Below, piece by piece: positions 19,875 through 26,299 of a stretch of 26,299 bases of DNA. The translations under genes were made by a program, and so were the position numbers. Below the pieces are notes generated by a model. The model did not search any database. It saw only the letters and a program-made list of their open reading frames with translations, and was not told the origin of the DNA. Origin of the DNA: Octopus sinensis. Its lineage: Eukaryota. The stretch lies in the NCBI RefSeq assembly GCF_006345805.1, contig NW_021834778.1:1-26299 (forward strand), in the 5' to 3' direction. Every line of letters starts with the position of its first letter. The first letter of the stretch is position 1.

Positions 19875-22800
19875 ATGGTGGGTAGTCAGAATATGGAGAG
19901 TTTCACCGAAGATATCGTGGATGCCAAAACAAACGAACAAACTGAGCTTGGGGGGAGTGTAAGTAATGTAGGTGCGGGCATAGGTAATATAGGTGTAGGA
20001 AATGCAGGAAATGTGGGCGCAGGAAGTGTAGGTAGTGTAGGTGCATGCGTAGGTAATCTAGGTGCAGGAAATGTAGGTAGTGTAGGCTTATGTAATGTCA
20101 GAGAAAATAAGATTACTCATCAGTTGTCAGAAGATCATCAATCGATCCGTTTCGATGAAAATAACTTCAGTAAAGAGGTATTAATATTATATTTATTTTT
20201 AGTGTATGGAAACGGATTACCTATTGAGAAACAAAGAATATTTGGAAAATACACAGGTTTTAGATAATTTATGTAGCACGAAACGTAAAAAAGTTAGTGT
20301 AGGAAATAATAATTTTAAACGATATAGTTTCGATGATATGAGTGTTAGTCTAGAATCTAGACTAGACTCTAGATATAAATTTAACATTAAAGTAAATAGT
20401 TCAAATGAGACGTTTTCGATCTCAAATTTTAGACGAGAAAAGAATAGATTGCGCATGGCTATGAAAAGGGCAGCCGAGTCACAAGATCAAAAGAACATCG
20501 ACAAGAATGCAACAGATTAAGAGCAACTATAAGAAGGAGGCAAGAGACCGATGATATGAGGAATTTCAGAAAAGAACAAGATAGAATGGGGAAGGCTATT
20601 ACTAGGGAACAAGAGTCACAAGAACAGAGGGAACATAGACAAGAACAAGATAGAATGGGGAAGGCTATTAGTAGGGAACAAGAGTCACAAGAACAGAGGG
20701 AACATAGGCAGGAACAGATAGAATGGGGAAGGCTATTAGTAGGGAACAAGAGTCACAAGAACAGAGGGAACATAGGCAGGAACAAGATAGAATGGGGAAG
20801 GCTATTAGTAGGGAACAAGAGTCACAAGAACAGAGGGAACATAGACAAGAACAAGATAGAATGGCAACGGCTATTAGTAGGGACAAGAGACAGAAGAACA
20901 AAGGAACATAGGCAAGAGCAAAATAGAATGGGAACTGCTATTAGTAGGGAAAAAGAGACTCAAGAACAGAGGGAACATAGGCAAGAACAAGATAGAATGG
21001 CAACGGCTATTAGTAGGGAACAAGAGACTCAAGAACAGAGGGAACATAGACAAGAACAAGATAGAATGGCAACGGCTATTAGTAGGGAACAAGAGACAGA
21101 AGAACAAAGGGAACATAGGCAAGAGCAAAATAGAATGGGAACTGCTATTAGTAGGGAAAAAGAGACTCAAGAACAGAGGGAACATAGGCAAGAACAAGAT
21201 AGAATGGCAACGGCTATTAGTAGGGAACAAGAGACTCAAGAACAGAGGGAACATAGGGAAGAACAAGATAGAATGGCAACGGCTATTAGTAGGGAACAAG
21301 AGTCACAACAACAAAGGGAACATAGACAAGAACAAGATAGAATGGCAACGGCTATTAGTAGGGAACAAGAGACAAAAGAACAAAGGGAACATAGGCAAGA
21401 GCAAGATAGAATGGGAACTGCTATTAGTAGGGAACAAGAGACTCAAGAACAGAGGGAACATAGGCAAGAACAAGATAGAATGGCAACGGCTATTAGTAGG
21501 GAACAAGAGTCACAACAACAAAGGGAATGCCGACGAGATCGGAACACAAGAAGAAATTCAGTTAGGAGGAACCAACTAACTCAGGATGAACATCAGACAG
21601 AAAATCGACTACGAGTTTCACGCAGGAATAGTAGGGTATCAAATTCTATTGGTTTAGAAACACTGGATTTAATTATAATAGGGGCATTGAGTATAGAAAT
21701 TTAGGTAATGTAGGTGCTTTAACGGAGATATGTACTTTTTGTTTAGCTATGAAATTTAAGGGGGAAACTATCGGAATGTGCTGCAGTCGCGGAAAGGTAC
21801 GTTTACCAGTTTTAGACCCGCCTCCTGAGCCTCTTTTAACACTGTTGAGGAATGATACACCATCATCTAGGCACTTCGTTGATAATATTCGCAGGTACAA
21901 TAATGTTTTTCAGATGACATCTTTTGGTACAAGTGGAAATTTCAATCCGACGGGCTATATGCCCACATTTAAGGTACTTGGGCAAGTGTATCACAGGATG
22001 GGTTCACTCCTTCCAAGTGAAGGCGAGGATTTTAAATTTTTACAAATTTACTTTATAGATAATCACGAAGAACAATCTAACCGAAGATGTCTAGCAGATT
22101 CAAGACTACGAGGCAACATTATTAGTTCGTTGCAAAATATGTTGCAAATGTGCAACACGTATATTTCATCTTTTAGATCTGTTCTGAGATCCACAGCAGA
22201 TGAAGATTGTAAGGTAATTATACATGCAGATAGGACACCTGCAAATGAACATAACCGTCGATACAACGCACCAACGTCAAACCAGGTTGGAATTCTAATA
22301 GTAGGTCAACACTATGACTCGAGAGACATAATAATAAACAAGAGATCCACTGGATTAATGAGAATTTCAGAGACACATCGGTCATATGATGCACTTCAGT
22401 ACCCATTATTATTTCCGAGAGGAGAGGATGGGTACAATTTTAAGGTAATGCATTTTAATCCGTCGACTGGTTTAACTACTACTAAAAAAACCAGTTGTAT
22501 GGAATTTTATTCTTATAGGTTGATGATAAGAGAGCAGGAATTCAACATTCTACATCGTACAGGCCAGTTATTTAATCAGTTTATTGTAGATATGTATGCG
22601 AAAATAGAGGCAGAGAGACTTCTCTACATTCGGTTGAATCAGCGGAACTGAGAGCAGAAGAGTATATACATCTAAGAGATGCCATAATGAATGACGGTAA
22701 TGTGTCTAATGTAGGTCAAATGGTTATTTTGCCTTCGTCATTCACGGGAGGACCAGATATATGCATGAGCGAACTCAAGATGCTATGACATACGTTAGAA

Positions 22801-25749
22801 ATTACGGAACTCCGGATCTGTTTATCACTTTTACGTGTAATCCGAATGGCCAGAAATTAGTGATAACATATTTGTAGGACAAAAGGTCGAGTATAGACAA
22901 GACATCATAGCACGTGTTTTTAAACAAAAAGTCGATAAGATGATTGATCTTCTATGCAAGGGACAGATTTTTGGGAAGACAAGATGCCACATGTATACAG
23001 TAGAGTGGCAAAAAAGAGGTTTACCACATATACATATATTAGTATGGTTAGTAACTAAAATTAGGCCTACAGAGATAGACGATTGCATACGGGCAGAATT
23101 GCCAAATCCAAATGAAGATAGAGAATTATACGAGATCATCAAAAGAAATATGATACATGGTCCGTGTGGCATATATAACAAACATCACCGTGTATGCAAG
23201 ATGGTAAGTGTTCTAAAGGGTACCCAAAAAACTTAATAATTAACACGCAAACAGGTGAAAATGGATTTCCATTTTACCAGAGAAGGGGAGCAGCTGAAGG
23301 AGGATATACTGCAACCCTCCACGAAGGAAAAGAAAATGAAATAACAGTTGATAACAGATGGATAGTGCCTTATAATCCACTATTAAGTAAGATTTTTGAT
23401 GCACATATCAATGTGGAATTTTGTAATTCAATTAGATCAATTAAATATGTATGTAAGTACATTAATAAAGGGTCGGATCAGGCAATCTTTTCAATAGAGC
23501 AACGTGATGAGCCAACTTTTTATCAACATGGACGCTATATCTGCAGTAATGAAGGAGCATGGAGAATTTTTGGATATCCGATTCATGAAAGATATCCATT
23601 GGTTATGCATTTAGGGGTTCACCTGGAAAATGGGCAAAGAATTTATTTCACAGAGCAGAATGCACGCAATCAAGTTACAAATGCAAGAAATTCAACTCTG
23701 ATGGCATTCTTCGAATTATGTCGTACAGATCAATTTGCAAAGACTATATATTATGTTGATGTTCCTAGATATTATACATGGGATGTCGCGGGGAAGAGAT
23801 TTAAGAGAAGGATAAGAGGAAATCCAGTAAATGGACATTCAGGAATTGTAAGTGCAGATGCATTGGGTAGAGTATATACAGTGCATCCAAATAATTTTGA
23901 ATGTTATTGTGTTAGGTTACTTTTGCACACCGTACGAGGGCCAGAATCTTTCACTGATCTACGGACTGTAGATGGAGTACTCTGCGAAACATACAGAGAA
24001 GCCTGTTTTAAATTAGGTCTTTTAGAGGATGATAATCACTGGAATCAGACTTTAACAGAAGCTGAACTTGCAGATTCCCCATCGCGACTAAGGTATTTAT
24101 TTACTTTGATGCTAGCCCATTGTGGGTTAGCAAATCCACAACAACTGTGGAAAGGTCACCGAGAAAGCATGTGTGAAGATATATTAAGAGAGAAGAATAG
24201 ATTGAGTTTCGATGCAGAGATTTTCAACATTGGATTAATCATGATAGATAGATTGCTAATATCTATCGTTGGTAAGAGTGTAGGTGAATTTGGTTTTATA
24301 ATCAGCGATATTCATAATATTAATTCATTTGATGAGCATTATAATTTAGAAGAACTTCGAACAATAGTGGAAGAAAGAGAACAAAGCTTAACCACTGGCC
24401 AGTTGGAGGTATACAGAGAAATTAATCGAGTCATCCAAGAAGAAAACGGTTCTATCATTTTTATTGATGCACCGGGTGGAACAGGTAAGACCTATCTTCT
24501 AAATCTATTATTAGCTAAGGTCAGAAGCGAAAATAAACTAGCTTTAGCAGTTGCATCTTCTGAAATTGCTGCAACTCTTTTAGATGGCGGTCGAACCGCA
24601 CATTCGACATTCAACATTCCGTTGAATCTCTCATATACTACTGAACCGGTTTGTAATGTAAAAAAAAATTCAACTACGGGTAATAGAATTATGCATTCTA
24701 GGTTAATTGTTTGGGATGAATGTACGATGGCTCATAGGCGCATTCGAAGCAGTTGATCGAACATATAGAGATATCAAGAATTGTAGCGACCATTTATTTG
24801 GGGGAGCAATAGTTGTATTGGCAGGTGATTTTAGACAGACGCTGCCAATTATTCAAAGAGGGACGCCTGCGGATGAATTGAATGCCTGCCTCAAATCGTC
24901 ATATTTGTGGACACACGTGAAAAAGGTAAGCTTAGATGTAAATGTACGTGCACATTTACAAGGCGTTAATAGCATATTCCCACAAATCCTTCTAGATATT
25001 GGAAATGGGGCAATCACTTCAGAAATGCAAGACCAGAAAATTAGGCTACCGGAAGAATTATGTATTTTCGTAGAAACAGCAGAAGAATTATTGAATGCCG
25101 TCTATTCCGAACTATCTGAACACTACGTGAATTTCGACTGGCTGCGTGAACGAGCTATATTAGCTCCACTTAATGATGAGGTACTTAATATAAATTTAGA
25201 TTTATTAATGAAAATCCCTGGCAGAGAAAGAATATATAAATCGGTCGACGTTATTATGGACCATGAAAGGGCCTGCGAATATCCTGTAGAATTTTTAAAT
25301 TCCTTAGATCCATCTGGAATGCCGAATCATCTATTGAAATTAAAAATAGGTGTACCGGTTGTGTTACTCCGCAATCTAGCGCCACCTAAATTATGCAATG
25401 GTACAAGGTTGGTTATCAAGAATTTGATGGCTAACGTAATAGAAGCGACAATATTAACAGGTAATTACAGAGGTGAGGATGTTTATATCCCACGAATACC
25501 TCTGATTTCGGAAGAATTACCTTTTAGATTTAAGAACTACAATTTCCGCTGAAGATAAGTTTTGCTATGACAATAAACAAGGCCCAGGGACAGTCTTTAA
25601 AGGTAGTAGGCTTATTTTTAGAGAACGAGTGCTTTTCACATGGCCAGCTGTATGTGGGGTGCTCAAGGGTAGGTAGAAGAGAAAATTTATTTATATTTGC
25701 CAAGGATGGACGGACTGCAAACATCGTTTATCCACAGGCCTTAGAATAA
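19875..25749 (+). CDS. Helitron Rep (HUH endonuclease)-PIF1 helicase, about 1950 aa after repairing roughly 10 frameshifts
   Basis: Zn-binding CTFCLAMKFKGETIGMCCSRGKV; HUH motifs LFITFTCNP, EWQKRGLPHIH, KYVCKYINKG; helicase motifs [49 protein letters not shown]; start codon uncertain. Confidence 0.9.
20572..21528 (+). repeat. Coding 69-bp (23-aa) tandem repeat, 14 units, in the Helitron protein N-terminus
   Basis: ATAGAATGG anchors at 20581, 20650, 20718, 20787, 20856, 20923, 20992, 21061, 21130, 21199, 21268, 21337, 21406 and 21475; unit about QDRMATAISREQETQEQREHRQE. Confidence 0.95.
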
Positions 25750-25808
25750 GGTTATATCAAAGCAGGTCGCATTTATATATCTACATAAATTTATAGTTAT
25801 TTAAGGAA

Positions 25809-25878
25809 ACTGCGAGCGTAGCGAGCAGGGCCTCCGCAGGAGCTAGCTCGCAGTGAGCGAAGCGAACTGCTGAGCTAG
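25809..25878 (+). other. Helitron 3' terminal hairpin region and CTAG end
   Basis: GCAGT(25850-25854)/ACTGC(25866-25870) stem around GCGAAGC; ACTGCGAGC(25809-25817)/GCTCGCAGT(25846-25854) inverted repeat; CTAG at 25875-25878. Confidence 0.85.
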
Positions 25879-25925
25879 TATAAAATAATTAATATCTATT
25901 TGATTAATATTTTAATAAGTAATTT

Positions 25926-26150
25926 ATGGACTTCTAGTCTGTAAATTGAATTCTTTAGAGGAAACTTTTAAATGAATCTCTGTCGCTGAATCATGTTCTT
26001 AATACATTAATTTTAAAAATAGTTAATTCATTAATATTTAAAGATAATCCCATACTTGTGTACTTTGAAAGTTATAATAAAATATTAGAAAATATAAAAT
26101 TTTTGATTGGTCGTGTAAATCACCTGATCTTGATTCAATTAAGCTTTTTT
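25926..26150 (+). pseudogene. Possible highly decayed Tc1/IS630-like transposase C-terminal remnant
   Basis: IFKDNP then (frameshift) DWSCKSPDLDSIK, resembling the Tc1 FQQDN..WP..SPDLNPIE motifs; many stops. Confidence 0.45.
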
Positions 26151-26299
26151 TTGATTTCCCGTCTTTTTGTTGTTTATTTACTTCTAACAACTGGATTGTC
26201 TTAATTTACTACGTTTTTTATCATCTTGTACTAAAATAATGATGTTTTTGAATTTAGACACTAATATTTTTGCAAGCTTTCAATATTCCTAGTTCGATT

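Larger units (their letters stand above)
19411..25878 (+). mobile_element. Autonomous-type Helitron (rolling-circle transposon)
   Basis: Rep/helicase coding region; 3' hairpin and CTAG|T at 25875-25879; 5' boundary approximate (CTTAAAATTTGTCTG..GTGTGTGCACAC resembles the TC-starting module ends but lacks the T). Confidence 0.92.

Noticed and set aside
9580-21528. CRISPR-like appearance of the 15-, 69- and 96-bp arrays
   Set aside because: The units are contiguous with no unique spacers, there are no cas genes, and the context is eukaryotic
21705-21727. 23-nt GT..AG intron in the Helitron ORF
   Set aside because: Removing it leaves the TAG at 21702 in frame, and the acceptor is GAG; one missing A in GAAAT explains the frameshift more simply

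Overview
Eukaryotic, AT-rich, transposon-dense window with no intact host gene. The left 9.4 kb is a graveyard of fragments: two near-identical Tigger/pogo pieces, three Ginger-like DDE integrase remnants, a decayed non-LTR reverse transcriptase, and an intron-retaining CCT1/TCP1 chaperonin pseudogene. The CCT1 introns are only 25-27 nt, and similar micro-introns interrupt two of the integrases. This argues for an intron-rich host with miniaturised introns (dicyemid- or myxozoan-like; inference). The right 16.4 kb (9480-25878) is a Helitron complex bounded by A|TC and CTAG|T. It contains two copies of a repeat-laden non-autonomous Helitron module (a third copy lies at 414-1600), A-rich spacers, a CRE-clade retrotransposon with an N-terminal PHD finger, a duplicated helicase 3' end, and a near-intact Rep/PIF1-helicase Helitron with a 14 x 23-aa repeat. 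Most frameshifts in the young elements are 1-2 nt indels, often in homopolymers, so some may be long-read consensus errors. All alignments, translations and counts were done by eye; many element boundaries are approximate.
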